Shown: one piece after another, positions 28,676-40,033 of the stretch
How the letters are laid out: every line of letters starts with the position of its first letter
Numbering within the stretch: the first letter of the stretch is position 1
Assembly (NCBI GenBank): GCA_902496015.1
Contig: CABUZJ010000005.1
Span: forward strand, 17,303 to 81,302
Source of the DNA: an uncultured Eubacteriales bacterium
GTDB taxonomy: Bacteria > Bacillota > Clostridia > Christensenellales > UBA1242
Reading direction: 5' to 3'
Length of the DNA: 64,000 bases
Translations under genes and position numbers: made by a program
The notes under the pieces: generated by a model
The model's database searches: none
What the model was told of the DNA's origin: nothing
Seen by the model: only the letters and a program-made list of their open reading frames with translations

Positions 28676-28704
28676 TTGACAAAATGTTAAGAAGTTGTTA
28701 AAAT
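28676..28704 (+). promoter_or_regulatory. Promoter TTGACA-17-TAAAAT for rplI
   Basis: Read directly. Confidence 0.65.
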
Positions 28705-28722
28705 TTTTGCAAGGAGAATATT

Positions 28723-29166
28723 ATGAAAGTTATTTTACTTAAAGATGTTAAAGCACAAGGCAAAAAGGGCGATGTTATTAATGTTAGCGATGGTTATGCA
28801 AATAATTTTTTATTAAAAAATGGGCTTGCTGTTCCTGCAAGTGCAAACAATGTTAGCATTAATAATCAGCAAAAAGCAAAAGAAGAAAAATTAAAAGCAG
28901 AGCAAAAAGCACAAGCACAAGAACTTGCAAAAGAGATAGAAAAAACCAGTGTTAGCATTTCTATTGCCTGTGGTGAAAATGGAAAACTATTTGGCTCGGT
29001 TACAAATAAAGAAGTGGAAGCAGAACTTGCAAAACAAGGGATAAGTGTTGACCGCAAAAAAATTGTTATAGAAACCCCAATAAAAAGCTTAGGCAATTTT
29101 ATAGTTTCTGTTAAATTGCACCCCGATGTAACTGCTAAGTTAAAACTTGTGGTGGTTAAAGCGTGA
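28723..29166 (+). CDS. rplI: 50S ribosomal protein L9
   Basis: [30 protein letters not shown]. Confidence 0.95.
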   Translation: MKVILLKDVKAQGKKGDVINVSDGYANNFLLKNGLAVPASANNVSINNQQKAKEEKLKAEQKAQAQELAKEIEKTSVSISIACGENGKLFGSVTNKEVEAELAKQGISVDRKKIVIETPIKSLGNFIVSVKLHPDVTAKLKLVVVKA

Positions 29167-29176
29167 TGAATAAAAA

Positions 29177-29218
29177 ATAATCACTTGATAATAATTAAAT
29201 CGAGTGATTATTTTATTT
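29177..29218 (+). terminator. Terminator after rplI
   Basis: 13-bp stem ATAATCACTTGAT / ATCGAGTGATTAT (one G-U) plus T tract. Confidence 0.75.
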
Positions 29219-29316
29219 TAAAAAAATGAATAACAAAATACTACTTAACAAAAAATATAACTTTTATTTTAATGCTAGTAAAAAAATACAAAAAAACAAA
29301 AACTTTTAAAAAAGTA

Positions 29317-29346
29317 TTGACTTTATTTTGTTAGTTGTGTTAATAT
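29317..29346 (+). promoter_or_regulatory. Candidate rpoBC promoter (TTGACT, 18 nt, TAATAT), giving a leader of about 245 nt
   Basis: Read directly. Confidence 0.45.
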
Positions 29347-29593
29347 ATTGTGAGTTTATGATGACATATTGTCCACTTTTTAATGTTTAATGCTGTTTTT
29401 GCTCGTTATTTAATTCGCAAAAATTTGGCTTTTCCCTTTAATTTGGCAATTTGTTATCTGGCACGCGATAACCGCAAGTTTTATTATTAAGGAGATGAAA
29501 ACGCATTTTTGCGACAAAAAATTATAATTTATTTTATTTATTTTGTGTCACAAAAGTGCGTTTTTTCTAATCTGGTTAAAAAGGAGTATTTTA

Positions 29594-32500
29594 ATGAGCG
29601 TAAAAAATCTTAATGTGTCTAAAGTTAAATATGGTAAAACTGAAAGATACAAGTTTGGTAAAATTGATGAAGTGCTTGACATTCCTTACCTTATGGATGT
29701 TCAAAGGTCAAGTTATAACGACTTTATTACCAATGGAATAAGGAATGTGTTAAGAGATTTTTCTCCAATTGTGGACACTGAAAACCTTAACCGTGATGTT
29801 CGTGACCCTGATAGAGATTGTAGGGTTGAACTTTATTTTTTAGACCACAGTTTACAAGGCACTCCTAAATATACCGAAGCAGAATGTAAAACCCGAGATG
29901 CTACTTACAGTTTGCCACTTAAAGTTAAAATTAGATTGGTTTATAAAGAAACCGGTGAAGTGGTGGACCAAGAAGTTTTCTTTGGTGACATTCCACTTAT
30001 GACTGAAAATGGTTCTTTTATTATTAATGGTGCTGAAAGGGCTATTGTTAGCCAATTAGTTAGAAGTCCGGGTGTTTATTGTAAACAAGGTATTAATAAA
30101 ACAGGTAATTTTGTTACTGAAACTTCAATTATGCCAGCACGTGGTGCGTGGATTGAACTTGAAGAAGATAGTTCTGGTGTAATTTGGGTTCATATTGATA
30201 GAAATCGTAAACTTGTGGGCACTATCTTACTTCGTGGCTTGGGGCTTTCAAGTGATGAAGATATTATTGCTGTTTTAGGAAATCATCCAAGCATTTTAAA
30301 AACTCTTGAAAAAGATGTAACTAAAACCGAAGAAGAAGCCTTAGTTGAAATTAGTAAAAGATTAAGACCTGGCGAAGTATTAAATCTTAAAGCAATTAAA
30401 AGAAACCTTGAAAAGATGTTCTATTCAACAAGAAGATATGATGTTAGTCTTGTTGGTAGATATAAGTTTAACCAAAAACTTTCTATTGCAAATAGAATTA
30501 CTGGGAAAACTTTGGCAGAAGATGTTGTTTTAGGTAAAAAAGTGTTTGCTACTGCTGGGGAAGTTGTTAGTCGTGAAGTTGCAGAAGCAATTCAAACGGC
30601 AGGAATTAATCGCGTTACAGTTGTTGGAAAAAATGGTCCATTTACTATTATTGGCAACAATATGGTAGATTTAAAGGCTTATACTGGTTTTAATCCAGAT
30701 GAATTTGAAATTGATCGTTTTGTTCATCTTCCAACTTACATTGAACTTACAAAAGATTGCAAAACTGTTGAAGAGAAAAAGGAAGTATTAAGAAACGAAA
30801 GAGATAGTTTAATTGGTAGGCATTTGTTATTTGATGATATTATTGCAACATACAATTATCATCTTTCTATTGGTGAAGGATTAGGAGCACTAGATGATGT
30901 TGACCATTTAGGGAATAGAAGAGTTAAAGCAGTTGGTGAACTTTTAACAAACCAATTTTTCACTGGCATGGCAAAACTTGAAAGAGTTATTAGTGAAAGA
31001 ATGCAGGTGCAAAATGTTAACGAAGTTAGCCCAAGTTCTTTAATTAATGTTAGAAGCATAAGTTCAACAATTCGTGAGTTCTTTGGTTCAAGCCAAATGA
31101 GCCAATTTATGGAACAAACTAACCCAATTGCTTCACTTACTCATAAAAGAAGAATTTCTTCATTAGGACCAGGAGCCCTTACAAGAGAAAGAGCAGGCTT
31201 TGAAGTGCGTGATGTGCACTACACACATTATGGAAGACTTTGCCCAAATGAAACACCAGAAGGTCAAAATATTGGACTTATTAATTCACTTGCAACTTAT
31301 GCAAAAATTAATAAATATGGATTTTTGGAAGCACCATATAGAAAAATTGATAAAGCAACTGGTAAAGTTACAAATGAAGTTGTTTACATGAGTGCTGATG
31401 TAGAAGAAAATTATGTTATTGCACAGGCAAATGAACCACTTACAAGTGAAGGAAAATTGGCAAATGACCGCATTATTTGCAGAAAGAAAGGTGAAATTGT
31501 GGAATTGCCAAAAGATCAAATTGACTATATTGATGTTAGTCCAAAAGAACTAATATCGATTGCAACAACTCTTGTTCCATTTATTGAAAATGATGATGCA
31601 ACGCGTGCGATGATGGCATCTAACATGCAAAGACAAGCAGTGCCACTTTTAAAAACTGAAGCACCAATTATTGCTACTGGCACAGAACACAAAATTGCAG
31701 TTGATAGCGGTGTTATGGTTGTTGCTAAGAATGCAGGTAAAGTTAAATATGCAAGTGCAGATAAAATTATTGTTGAATGTGATAATGGAAGTGAAGATGT
31801 TTACACATTAACTAAGTTTGTTCGTTCTAACAACGGAACTTGCATGATTCAAAAGCCAATTGTTAAAACTGGTGAAAAAGTTAAGGCTGGTGATGTGCTA
31901 GCAGATGGACCATCAACAAACAATGGTGAATTATCAATTGGTAAAAACATTCTTGTTGCATTCATGCCATGGGAAGGATATAACTTTGAAGACGCAATTT
32001 TGATTAGTGAAGAACTAGTTCAAGATGATGTTTTAACATCTATTCATATTGAAGAATATGAGCAAGATGCAAGAGATACAAAACTTGGTCCTGAAGAGAT
32101 TACAAGAGATATTCCTAATGTTGGTGAAGATGCCCTTGCTAATCTTGATGAAAATGGCATTGTTATGATTGGGGCAGAAGTTGTGCCTGGCGACATTTTG
32201 GTTGGTAAAGTTACCCCTAAGGGTGAAACAGAACTAACACCAGAAGAAAGATTACTTCGTGCAATTTTTGGTGAAAAGGCAAGAGAAGTAAGAGATACAA
32301 GCCTTCGTGTTCAACATGGTGAAGGCGGGGTTGTTGTTGATGTTAAAGTGTTTACTCGTGAAAATAAAGATGAACTTCCAACTGGGGTTAGCAAACTTGT
32401 TAGGGTTTACATTGCTCAAAAAAGGAAAATGAGCGTTGGTGATAAAATGTCTGGACGACATGGTAATAAGGGTGTTGTTTCAAGAATATTGCCTAAGGCA

Positions 32501-33331
32501 GATATGCCATTCCTTCCAGATGGAACACCTATACAAATTTTATTAAATCCACTTGGCGTTCCAAGTCGTATGAACATTGGGCAATTGCTTGAAGTGCATT
32601 TGGCACTTGCTTGCAAGGCAATGGATTGGAAAATTGCCACACCTGTTTTTGATGGTGCAAAAGAAGAAGAAATTCAACAACTATTGGTTGAAAATGGATT
32701 CCCTGCAGATGGTAAACTTCAACTTTATGATGGAAGAACAGGTGAACCTTTTGAAAACAGAGCAACAGTTGGATATATGTATATGTTAAAATTGCATCAC
32801 CTTGTTGATGATAAAATGCATGCTAGAAGCATAGGACCTTATTCACTTGTTACTCAACAACCACTTGGTGGTAAAGCACAGTTTGGTGGGCAAAGATTTG
32901 GTGAAATGGAAGTTTGGGCACTTGAAGCTTATGGTGCAGCAAATATTTTACAAGAAATGCTTACCGTTAAAAGTGATGATATTGTGGGTCGTGTTAAAAC
33001 CTATGAATCTATTGTTAAAGGTGAAAATATTGCTGAACCTGGTATTCCAGAATCATTTAAAGTATTAAATAAAGAACTTCAAGGCTTGGCACTTGATGTT
33101 AAAGTTTTAACAGAAGATAAGCAAGAAATAACCTTAAAAGAATTGGCAGACGAAAGCAAGGACAATATAGATAGCCGTGCAGATAAGAAGAAATCACAAC
33201 AAGAGGTTGAAATTAACCTAGACAGCGATTATCTTGGCACAGACGATATTGAAGGCGATTTAATGGGTGCAACCCAAGTAGCAACTGATGATGATGTTGA
33301 TTCGCTTTTTGACTTAGATGATGATATTTAA
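29594..33331 (+). CDS. rpoB: DNA-directed RNA polymerase subunit beta
   Basis: Unmistakable conservation throughout. ATG 29594 with AAGGAG RBS; the track's upstream TTG extension is rejected. Confidence 0.99.
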   Translation: MSVKNLNVSKVKYGKTERYKFGKIDEVLDIPYLMDVQRSSYNDFITNGIRNVLRDFSPIVDTENLNRDVRDPDRDCRVELYFLDHSLQGTPKYTEAECKTRDATYSLPLKVKIRLVYKETGEVVDQEVFFGDIPLMTENGSFIINGAERAIVSQLVRSPGVYCKQGINKTGNFVTETSIMPARGAWIELEEDSSGVIWVHIDRNRKLVGTILLRGLGLSSDEDIIAVLGNHPSILKTLEKDVTKTEEEALVEISKRLRPGEVLNLKAIKRNLEKMFYSTRRYDVSLVGRYKFNQKLSIANRITGKTLAEDVVLGKKVFATAGEVVSREVAEAIQTAGINRVTVVGKNGPFTIIGNNMVDLKAYTGFNPDEFEIDRFVHLPTYIELTKDCKTVEEKKEVLRNERDSLIGRHLLFDDIIATYNYHLSIGEGLGALDDVDHLGNRRVKAVGELLTNQFFTGMAKLERVISERMQVQNVNEVSPSSLINVRSISSTIREFFGSSQMSQFMEQTNPIASLTHKRRISSLGPGALTRERAGFEVRDVHYTHYGRLCPNETPEGQNIGLINSLATYAKINKYGFLEAPYRKIDKATGKVTNEVVYMSADVEENYVIAQANEPLTSEGKLANDRIICRKKGEIVELPKDQIDYIDVSPKELISIATTLVPFIENDDATRAMMASNMQRQAVPLLKTEAPIIATGTEHKIAVDSGVMVVAKNAGKVKYASADKIIVECDNGSEDVYTLTKFVRSNNGTCMIQKPIVKTGEKVKAGDVLADGPSTNNGELSIGKNILVAFMPWEGYNFEDAILISEELVQDDVLTSIHIEEYEQDARDTKLGPEEITRDIPNVGEDALANLDENGIVMIGAEVVPGDILVGKVTPKGETELTPEERLLRAIFGEKAREVRDTSLRVQHGEGGVVVDVKVFTRENKDELPTGVSKLVRVYIAQKRKMSVGDKMSGRHGNKGVVSRILPKADMPFLPDGTPIQILLNPLGVPSRMNIGQLLEVHLALACKAMDWKIATPVFDGAKEEEIQQLLVENGFPADGKLQLYDGRTGEPFENRATVGYMYMLKLHHLVDDKMHARSIGPYSLVTQQPLGGKAQFGGQRFGEMEVWALEAYGAANILQEMLTVKSDDIVGRVKTYESIVKGENIAEPGIPESFKVLNKELQGLALDVKVLTEDKQEITLKELADESKDNIDSRADKKKSQQEVEINLDSDYLGTDDIEGDLMGATQVATDDDVDSLFDLDDDI

Positions 33332-33408
33332 CGAAATATTGACTTTATAAATAATTAAAGTTAATTATAAAAAATAAAATGCGGGAAACCGCTAAATAAG
33401 GAGAGAAT

Positions 33409-36400
33409 ATGTTTGAATTAAACAACTTCGATTCCATGCAAATTGGGCTTGCCAGCCCTGAGAAAATTCGTGAATGGTCTCATGGGGAAGTAACAAAACC
33501 TGAAACCATTAATTACAGAACTCAAAAACCAGAAAGAGATGGTTTGTTCTGTGAGCGAATTTTTGGACCAACTAAGGACTGGGAATGTCATTGTGGAAAA
33601 TATAAAAGAGTTAGATATAAAGGAGTTATCTGCGATAAATGTGGAGTAGAGGTAACAAGTTCTAAGGTTCGTCGTGAAAGAATGGGGCACATTGAACTTG
33701 TTAGCCCAGTTTCACATATGTGGTATTTTAAAGGTGTGCCTTCTAGAATTGGTTTGCTTTTGGAATTACCAGTTAAACAACTTGAACAAGTATTATATTT
33801 CACTTCATTTATAGTTACAGATCCTGGTAGCACTAATTTTGAATATAAACAAGTTATTAATGACCGTGAATATAGAGAAGCAGTTGAGCAATTTGGTCCT
33901 AAATCTTTTAAGGCTGGCATGGGTGCTGAAATAATAAAAGAACTATTAAGCAAGATTGACATTGAAGAAGAAACAAAATTAACTCGTGAAATTGTTAATA
34001 CTTCTAAGGGACAAAAGAAGCTTAAAGCTGCGAAAAGACTAGGGATATTAGAAGCCTTCCGTCAAAGCGGTGCAAGACCTGAATGGATGATTTTAGATGT
34101 GCTTCCAGTAATTCCACCAGAATTAAGACCAATGGTTCCACTAGATGGTGGAAGGTTTGCAACAAGCGACTTAAACGATTTATATAGAAGAGTTATTAAC
34201 CGTAATAACAGACTTAAAAAATTAATTGAACTTGGGGCTCCTGATATTATTATTAGAAATGAAAAGAGAATGCTTCAAGAAGCAGTTGATGCACTTATAG
34301 ATAATGGTAGACGCGGTAAAGCAATTTCTGGTGCGGGCAATCGTGAATTAAAATCTTTATCAGGATTACTTAGAGGTAAACAAGGTAGATTCCGTCAAAA
34401 CTTACTTGGTAAGCGTGTAGACTATTCTGGGCGTTCAGTTATTGTTGTTGGGCCTAGCCTTAAAATTTATCAATGTGGACTACCAAAAGAAATGGCACTT
34501 GAACTATTTAAGCCATTTGTTATGAAAAGGCTTGTTGACCTTAATCAAAGCCATAATATTAAGAGTGCAAAGCGTATAGTAGAGCGTGCAAGACCAATAG
34601 TTTGGGATGTTTTGGAAGATGTTATTAAAGACCACCCTGTTCTTTTAAACCGTGCACCAACATTACACAGACTTGGTATTCAAGCATTTGAACCAGTGTT
34701 AGTTGAAGGTAGAGCAATTAAACTTCACCCATTAACATGTACTGCGTTTAACGCAGACTTTGATGGTGACCAAATGCCAGTGCATGTGCCACTTTCACTT
34801 GAAGCACAAGCCGAAGCAAGATTTTTAATGATTGCTTCTAATAATATTTTAAAACCTAGTGATGGTGAACCTATAACTGTTCCAACTCAAGACATGATTT
34901 TGGGTAACTATTATTTAACATTTGAAAAACCAAATGCAAAAGGTGAAGGGAAAACCTTTGCAGATGCAGATGAAGCAATTTTAGCATATAACAATGGCGA
35001 TATTGAACTTCAAAGTAAAATTAATGTTCGTGTTCAAAAAGTAATAGACGGGAAGATGTATAGCACAAGACTTAACACTACAGTTGGAAGAATTATATTT
35101 AACCGTGAAATTCCACAAAATTTAGGTCTTTGTGAAAGAAAAACACCAGAAGATATGCTTAAACTTGAAGTTGACTATGCATGCGGTAAAAAACAAATTA
35201 AGAAAATCATTAAAGCTTGTTACGATCATCTTGGTTCAACAGAAACAGCAAAAATGCTAGATAGAATTAAAGACATGGGGTATAAATATTCAACAAAAGC
35301 ATGTATTACTGCTTGCTTGTTTGATGTTAAAACTACACCAAAGCGTGACGAAATTATTGAAAAGGCAAACCAAGCAGGGCTTCAAATTGAAAAGCAATTT
35401 AAGCGTGGTCTTATAACTCAATATGAAAAATCTGAAAAATTAACGGATACTTGGAACACCGCAATGGGAGAGATGGAAAAAGCTGTTATGGCAGAATTTG
35501 AACCAACTAACCCACTTAAAATGATGGTAGATTCACAAGCGCGTGGTAACGCAGGTAATATGTGCCAACTTGCAGGACTAAGAGGAATAATGGTTTCAAC
35601 ATCTGGAAAGGTTATTGAAGTTCCAATTAGGTCTTGCTTTAAATCTGGGTTAAGCGTTATTGAATACTTTATTGCCACTCGTGGTGGGCGTAAAGGTATG
35701 GTTGATAAAGCACTTAAAACAGCCGATGCAGGTTATTTAACAAGAAGACTTGTTGATGTTGCACAAGAAGTGGTTGTTGATGATGATGACTGTTTTGCAA
35801 CACTTGGTGAAAAAGTGCGCGGAATGGAAGTTAGCGCAATTTATGATAGCGGGCGTGAAATTGAAAGTCTAAAAGATAGAATTTATGGTAGGTTCCCAGT
35901 TAAAGATGTAATTCATCCAGAAACGGGAGAAGTGCTTGCAAAGGCAAATGAAATGATTACCTTAAAACAAGCATCAGCTATTGAAGAAGCAGGAATTAAG
36001 AGCGTTGAAATAAGAACAGTATTTACTTGTAAATCTAAGCATGGCGTTTGTGCTAAATGTTATGGAAGAAACATGGCAAGCCGTGAACCTGTTCAAGTTG
36101 GAGAGGCAGTTGGTATTATTGCTGCACAATCAATTGGTGAACCAGGAACACAGTTAACAATGAAAGTCTTCCAAGCAGGTGGAACAGCATCTGCGGCAGA
36201 TATTACGCAAGGTCTTCCAAGGGTTGAAGAAATCTTTGAAGCCAAGAAACCAAAGGGTGTTGCCGTTATTAGTGAAGTTAGTGGTAAAGTTAAAACCGTT
36301 AACGAAGCAAAACAACTTGTTGAAGTTGAAATGGCAGATGGGAATGTTATTAGTTATGCTATTCCTTATGGTGTTAAATACTTAGTTCGTGAAGGTGATA

Positions 36401-36972
36401 TGGTTGAACCAGGCTCAATGTTCACCGAAGGTCCACTTAATCCTCATGACATCTTAAAAACCAAAGGTATTAAAGGTGTTCAAGATTACATTATGCGTGA
36501 AGTATTAAAAGTTTATAAACTTTATAGCGTAGATGTTAACGATAAACACATTGAAATAATTATTAGGCAAATGTTGAGAAAGGTTAGAATAGACGATAGT
36601 GGCGACACAACACTTCTTCCTGGTGATTTAGTTGATATATTTAAGTATGAAGAAGAGAACGAAAAAGTTCTTGCCGAAGGTGGCGAACCAGCAATGGCAC
36701 ACAGAGTGCTTCTTTCAATAACAAAAGCAGCACTTGCAACTGATGGCTTCCTTGCAGCAGCATCTTTCCAAGAAACAATTAGAGTGTTAACTGATGCCGC
36801 AATTAAAGGTAAAATTGACCCATTAATTGGATTAAAGGAAAATGTTATAATTGGTAAACTAATTCCAGCAGGAACAGGGCTTAGAAGATATCGTGATGTT
36901 GTTCCAAGCGAACAAGGCATTATGGCGAAATATAAAGCACCTGTAAACGAAGAAGCAGTTGAAGAAAATTAA
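33409..36972 (+). CDS. rpoC: DNA-directed RNA polymerase subunit beta'
   Basis: NADFDGDQM catalytic motif, Zn-binding CHCGKY...CDKCG. Confidence 0.99.
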   Translation: MFELNNFDSMQIGLASPEKIREWSHGEVTKPETINYRTQKPERDGLFCERIFGPTKDWECHCGKYKRVRYKGVICDKCGVEVTSSKVRRERMGHIELVSPVSHMWYFKGVPSRIGLLLELPVKQLEQVLYFTSFIVTDPGSTNFEYKQVINDREYREAVEQFGPKSFKAGMGAEIIKELLSKIDIEEETKLTREIVNTSKGQKKLKAAKRLGILEAFRQSGARPEWMILDVLPVIPPELRPMVPLDGGRFATSDLNDLYRRVINRNNRLKKLIELGAPDIIIRNEKRMLQEAVDALIDNGRRGKAISGAGNRELKSLSGLLRGKQGRFRQNLLGKRVDYSGRSVIVVGPSLKIYQCGLPKEMALELFKPFVMKRLVDLNQSHNIKSAKRIVERARPIVWDVLEDVIKDHPVLLNRAPTLHRLGIQAFEPVLVEGRAIKLHPLTCTAFNADFDGDQMPVHVPLSLEAQAEARFLMIASNNILKPSDGEPITVPTQDMILGNYYLTFEKPNAKGEGKTFADADEAILAYNNGDIELQSKINVRVQKVIDGKMYSTRLNTTVGRIIFNREIPQNLGLCERKTPEDMLKLEVDYACGKKQIKKIIKACYDHLGSTETAKMLDRIKDMGYKYSTKACITACLFDVKTTPKRDEIIEKANQAGLQIEKQFKRGLITQYEKSEKLTDTWNTAMGEMEKAVMAEFEPTNPLKMMVDSQARGNAGNMCQLAGLRGIMVSTSGKVIEVPIRSCFKSGLSVIEYFIATRGGRKGMVDKALKTADAGYLTRRLVDVAQEVVVDDDDCFATLGEKVRGMEVSAIYDSGREIESLKDRIYGRFPVKDVIHPETGEVLAKANEMITLKQASAIEEAGIKSVEIRTVFTCKSKHGVCAKCYGRNMASREPVQVGEAVGIIAAQSIGEPGTQLTMKVFQAGGTASAADITQGLPRVEEIFEAKKPKGVAVISEVSGKVKTVNEAKQLVEVEMADGNVISYAIPYGVKYLVREGDMVEPGSMFTEGPLNPHDILKTKGIKGVQDYIMREVLKVYKLYSVDVNDKHIEIIIRQMLRKVRIDDSGDTTLLPGDLVDIFKYEEENEKVLAEGGEPAMAHRVLLSITKAALATDGFLAAASFQETIRVLTDAAIKGKIDPLIGLKENVIIGKLIPAGTGLRRYRDVVPSEQGIMAKYKAPVNEEAVEEN

Positions 36973-36979
36973 TTTATAA

Positions 36980-37017
36980 AAAAGGCATTAAATTAAATAA
37001 TTAATGCCTTTTATTTG
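36980..37017 (+). terminator. Terminator after rpoC
   Basis: AAAGGCATTAA-9 nt-TTAATGCCTTT plus T tract. Confidence 0.8.
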
Positions 37018-37037
37018 TATATTGAGGTAAATTTATT

Positions 37038-37355
37038 ATGGAAATAGAAAAAGTGAAAGTAGTTACTATTTGTGGTAGCATGAAATTTAAACAAAAAATG
37101 AGAGAAGTTGCTTTTAATCTAGAAAAAGAAAATGGCTGGGCAGTTATTCAATGCGTTTATAATGATAATAATTTAATTTTAACAGATAACGAAATAAATA
37201 AGCTGATTTTAGCGCATTATAAAAAAATATTAATTAGTGATGTAATTTTTGTTGTTAATGAGAACAATTATATTGGAGAACAAGTAAAAAAAGAAATTGA
37301 ATTTGCAAAACAACATAATAAAGAAATTATGTATTTAACAGACTATAATTACTAA
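37038..37355 (+). CDS. Small flavodoxin-like-fold protein (105 aa), possibly related to nucleoside 2-deoxyribosyltransferase / DUF4406
   Basis: VVTICGSMKF... N-terminal motif and ...SDVIFVVN. GAGGT RBS. Family assignment is tentative. Confidence 0.45.
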   Translation: MEIEKVKVVTICGSMKFKQKMREVAFNLEKENGWAVIQCVYNDNNLILTDNEINKLILAHYKKILISDVIFVVNENNYIGEQVKKEIEFAKQHNKEIMYLTDYNY

Positions 37356-37371
37356 ATATTAATTAAGAAAT

Positions 37372-37403
37372 AAAAAATCGTGATAATCTATCACGATTTT
37401 TTG
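37372..37403. terminator. Bidirectional terminator (small ORF on plus strand / gltX on minus strand)
   Basis: AAAATCGTGATA-atc-TATCACGATTTT flanked by A and T runs. Confidence 0.8.
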
Positions 37404-37440
37404 TTCTGCTTTAATTAATAATTATTTAAGTTAATAAAAA

Positions 37441-39093
37441 TTAACAAAATTGTTTAAGGCGAGCCTTAACTTCATTTTCACCTAAAATTTGCATAATTGT
37501 GTAAAGGTCGGGCGTTTGGTTTTTGCCTGTTAGTGCCACCCTTATAATTGCACAAGCATCACTAATATTGCCCACAAAAGCAGTTGGATTTTGTTTGTAT
37601 TCTTTATTGTCAGCAAAGCCAAAATTTTTTGCAATTTGTTTAATTTGTTCAAACCATTCTTCTTTTGAACAGTTATGGTTATATTTATTTAGATAGGCAA
37701 AAATTAATGATTTTATTGTTTTTTCATTAATTTTTGGGTCAAAATCACTTAATTTTGCACTTTTGTATGTTTCATTGAACATATAACCATATAGGCTTTT
37801 TATTTCACTAAACTTAGCAATGTCTTTTCTTGGTCGATCAGTACCCCTTTCAATAGAAAATAATTTTAGCGCTTTTTCTTTATTATTTATTAATACTTGT
37901 TGAAATTCTTGGTCGTTATCTTTTGCCCATTTTAAAGCATAGTTATAAACTTCATCTGCACTAAAATAGGCAATAACATTTTTTGAAATATTATCTAATT
38001 TATCAATATCTAACATTGGGTTATTGCTACCGACTTTATCAAGTTTAAATTCAAAATCTTTATAACTTGCTTTTGGGTTTTTAGCACGCCATAATTCGTA
38101 ATTGCTGTTTAAAAGATTTAATATGTAATCTATAAGGCTTTCTATTGGGTAACCACATTCTAAAAAATAACGAACATCTGCTTCAGGATCTTTACGCTTA
38201 CTAAGTTTTCTTTTGTTTCCTTGTTCATCAATTTTACAAATTACAGGAGTATGAGCATATTTTGGTGGTTTAAAGCCAAAGGCCTTAAAAATTTCAAGGT
38301 GAGCAGATAAAGATGACCACCATTCTTCACCACGAACAATTAAAGTAGTTCCCATCAATGTGTCGTCTACCACATGGGCAAGGCTATAAGGAGGAATTCC
38401 ATTAGACTTAACCAAAACTATATCTTTTGCATTTTCATGAAGAAGACGAGTGCCTTTTATTTCATCTTTAAATTCAAATTCATGATTTGGATTGCCCTGA
38501 CTTTTAAGTCTTATTGCAAACTTTTCACCCCTTTTAATTTTTTCTTCAATTTGCTCGTAAGTTAAATTTCTGCAAATATCTTTCTCTTCAATAGTTTCAG
38601 TATTCTCTAATTGATTTTCTCTTCTTTCTAATATGTCATCTAAACTTTCATTTTCTCCACAAAAACAAGGAAAAGCCAATCCTTTTGCAACTAAATGTTT
38701 TGCAAAAGTATGGTAAATTTCTAATCTTTTAGATTGAACATAAGGGCCATAATCTCCAATCTCTAAAATGCTGTCGCCCCTATATCCTTCATCAGGAGCA
38801 ACATTAAATTTACAAAGCATGTTGTAAGCAATATCACCCGCTCCTTTGATATATCTTTTGTTGTCTGTGTCTTCTAACCTTAAATAAAAAATTCCATCAG
38901 TTTGTTCTGCTATTCGTTTGCTGATTAATGCACTATAAAGATGTCCAATATGTAAATAACCCGTTGGGCTAGGGGCTAATCTTGTTACTTGTGCATTATC
39001 TTTTAAATCTCTTTTTTTATAAAACTCTAAATAATAATCTATATCTTTATCTATGTTAGGATAAAGTAGATTTGCTAATTTTATATTATCCAT
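37441..39093 (-). CDS. gltX: Glutamate--tRNA ligase (long 550-aa form)
   Basis: Class I motifs HIGH (LHIGHLYSAL) and KMSKS-like (KLSKRK). RLAPSPTGYLHIGH...LRLEDTD. Confidence 0.92.
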   Translation of the reverse strand: MDNIKLANLLYPNIDKDIDYYLEFYKKRDLKDNAQVTRLAPSPTGYLHIGHLYSALISKRIAEQTDGIFYLRLEDTDNKRYIKGAGDIAYNMLCKFNVAPDEGYRGDSILEIGDYGPYVQSKRLEIYHTFAKHLVAKGLAFPCFCGENESLDDILERRENQLENTETIEEKDICRNLTYEQIEEKIKRGEKFAIRLKSQGNPNHEFEFKDEIKGTRLLHENAKDIVLVKSNGIPPYSLAHVVDDTLMGTTLIVRGEEWWSSLSAHLEIFKAFGFKPPKYAHTPVICKIDEQGNKRKLSKRKDPEADVRYFLECGYPIESLIDYILNLLNSNYELWRAKNPKASYKDFEFKLDKVGSNNPMLDIDKLDNISKNVIAYFSADEVYNYALKWAKDNDQEFQQVLINNKEKALKLFSIERGTDRPRKDIAKFSEIKSLYGYMFNETYKSAKLSDFDPKINEKTIKSLIFAYLNKYNHNCSKEEWFEQIKQIAKNFGFADNKEYKQNPTAFVGNISDACAIIRVALTGKNQTPDLYTIMQILGENEVKARLKQFC

Positions 39094-39173
39094 AATCTTC
39101 CTTCTTGATTAAAAATTTTTAAATAAGCAAAATATTTCTTAAAACTGCCTAATATCATTATTTTTTGCCTGAA

Positions 39174-39764
39174 TTAATCTTGTTTTTCGTCTAAAAATGT
39201 GGCTTGCATATCTGCAAGATGAGTGAGTAGAGCAAGAGGATATTTATTATATGCTTTATTATAGTCATAACTACCACCTTGAACACGCAAATCAAAACCA
39301 CCCATGTGCCAGTTTATTGCCATGGCTTCTTCACGATTTAATTTTAAAAAGCCAGAAAGCATATAAACACTTTTTTCGCCATGTCCGTATGGCAAGTTAT
39401 CGTCAACCGAATAGTAAGGCTTTTGAACCCACACCCCGTCTTCTTTCACATTTCGCATCTCTGTTTTATAAATGTTCGTTTTACAAAGATCATGAAAAAG
39501 TGCAACAATTGCTACGCTTTCTTTATTATAACCATCTTCACCATATTCGGCATCGCAAAGTCTTACTAAGCGTTCGTAAACATTTAAACTGTGTGCACAA
39601 AGCCCGCCCGCTTCGCTTAAATGAAATTTAGAACTAGCAGGAGCAGTAAAAAAGTCAGTATTTTCTAGCCAAGCAAGCAATGAATCAATTCCTTCTCGTT
39701 TAATGTCGTCTTTTGCAAGCATAATAAAAGTATTTTTATTTTGTTCAATCAATTCTTGTTCCAT
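39174..39764 (-). CDS. HD-domain metal-dependent phosphohydrolase (196 aa)
   Basis: H...HSLNV...ALFHDLCK...H motifs. ATG 39764 preferred, because the track start 39800 lies in a promoter/hairpin. Confidence 0.75.
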   Translation of the reverse strand: MEQELIEQNKNTFIMLAKDDIKREGIDSLLAWLENTDFFTAPASSKFHLSEAGGLCAHSLNVYERLVRLCDAEYGEDGYNKESVAIVALFHDLCKTNIYKTEMRNVKEDGVWVQKPYYSVDDNLPYGHGEKSVYMLSGFLKLNREEAMAINWHMGGFDLRVQGGSYDYNKAYNKYPLALLTHLADMQATFLDEKQD

Positions 39765-39771
39765 AATTAAA

Positions 39772-39800
39772 ATTATAAAATAAAAAAGCCTTTTTTGCAA
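39772..39800 (-). promoter_or_regulatory. Promoter TTGCAA-17-TATAAT on the minus strand, ending 7 nt before the HD-gene ATG
   Basis: Read on the reverse complement. The spacer contains the hairpin AAAAAGCCTT/AAGGCTTTTT (39783-39808). Confidence 0.55.
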
Positions 39801-40033
39801 GGCTTTTTAAAATGTAATAAAACATTTTACTTGTATTTCAATATATTAAATATAATATAAAGTGGAATGGTCATAAATACAGGAAATAAAATAAAATTAA
39901 ATGCAAACAATTAAAATATATAATTTAACTAGAAATATGTTAATTAAAAAACCAATTTTATAACTTTAAGAACTAAGTAAAAATATCTATGTTTCTTTAA
40001 TATATATTGCATTTTTAATTTTCAAAAATAACT

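Noticed and set aside
29495-29527. A 10-codon uORF (MKTHFCDKKL) in the rpoB leader directly after AAGGAG
   Set aside because: The ATG is immediately adjacent to the SD-like sequence (zero spacing), which is incompatible with normal initiation. The segment is better explained as one arm of the leader hairpin.
33150-33331. Highly acidic C-terminal tail of RpoB (..[14 protein letters not shown])
   Set aside because: Acidic C-terminal extensions of the beta subunit also occur in Bacillus and other Firmicutes, so this is not unusual.
39094-39173. T-box leader upstream of gltX
   Set aside because: Only 80 bp separate gltX from the upstream HD gene, and no specifier or T-box sequence is visible. 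gltX appears to be co-transcribed.
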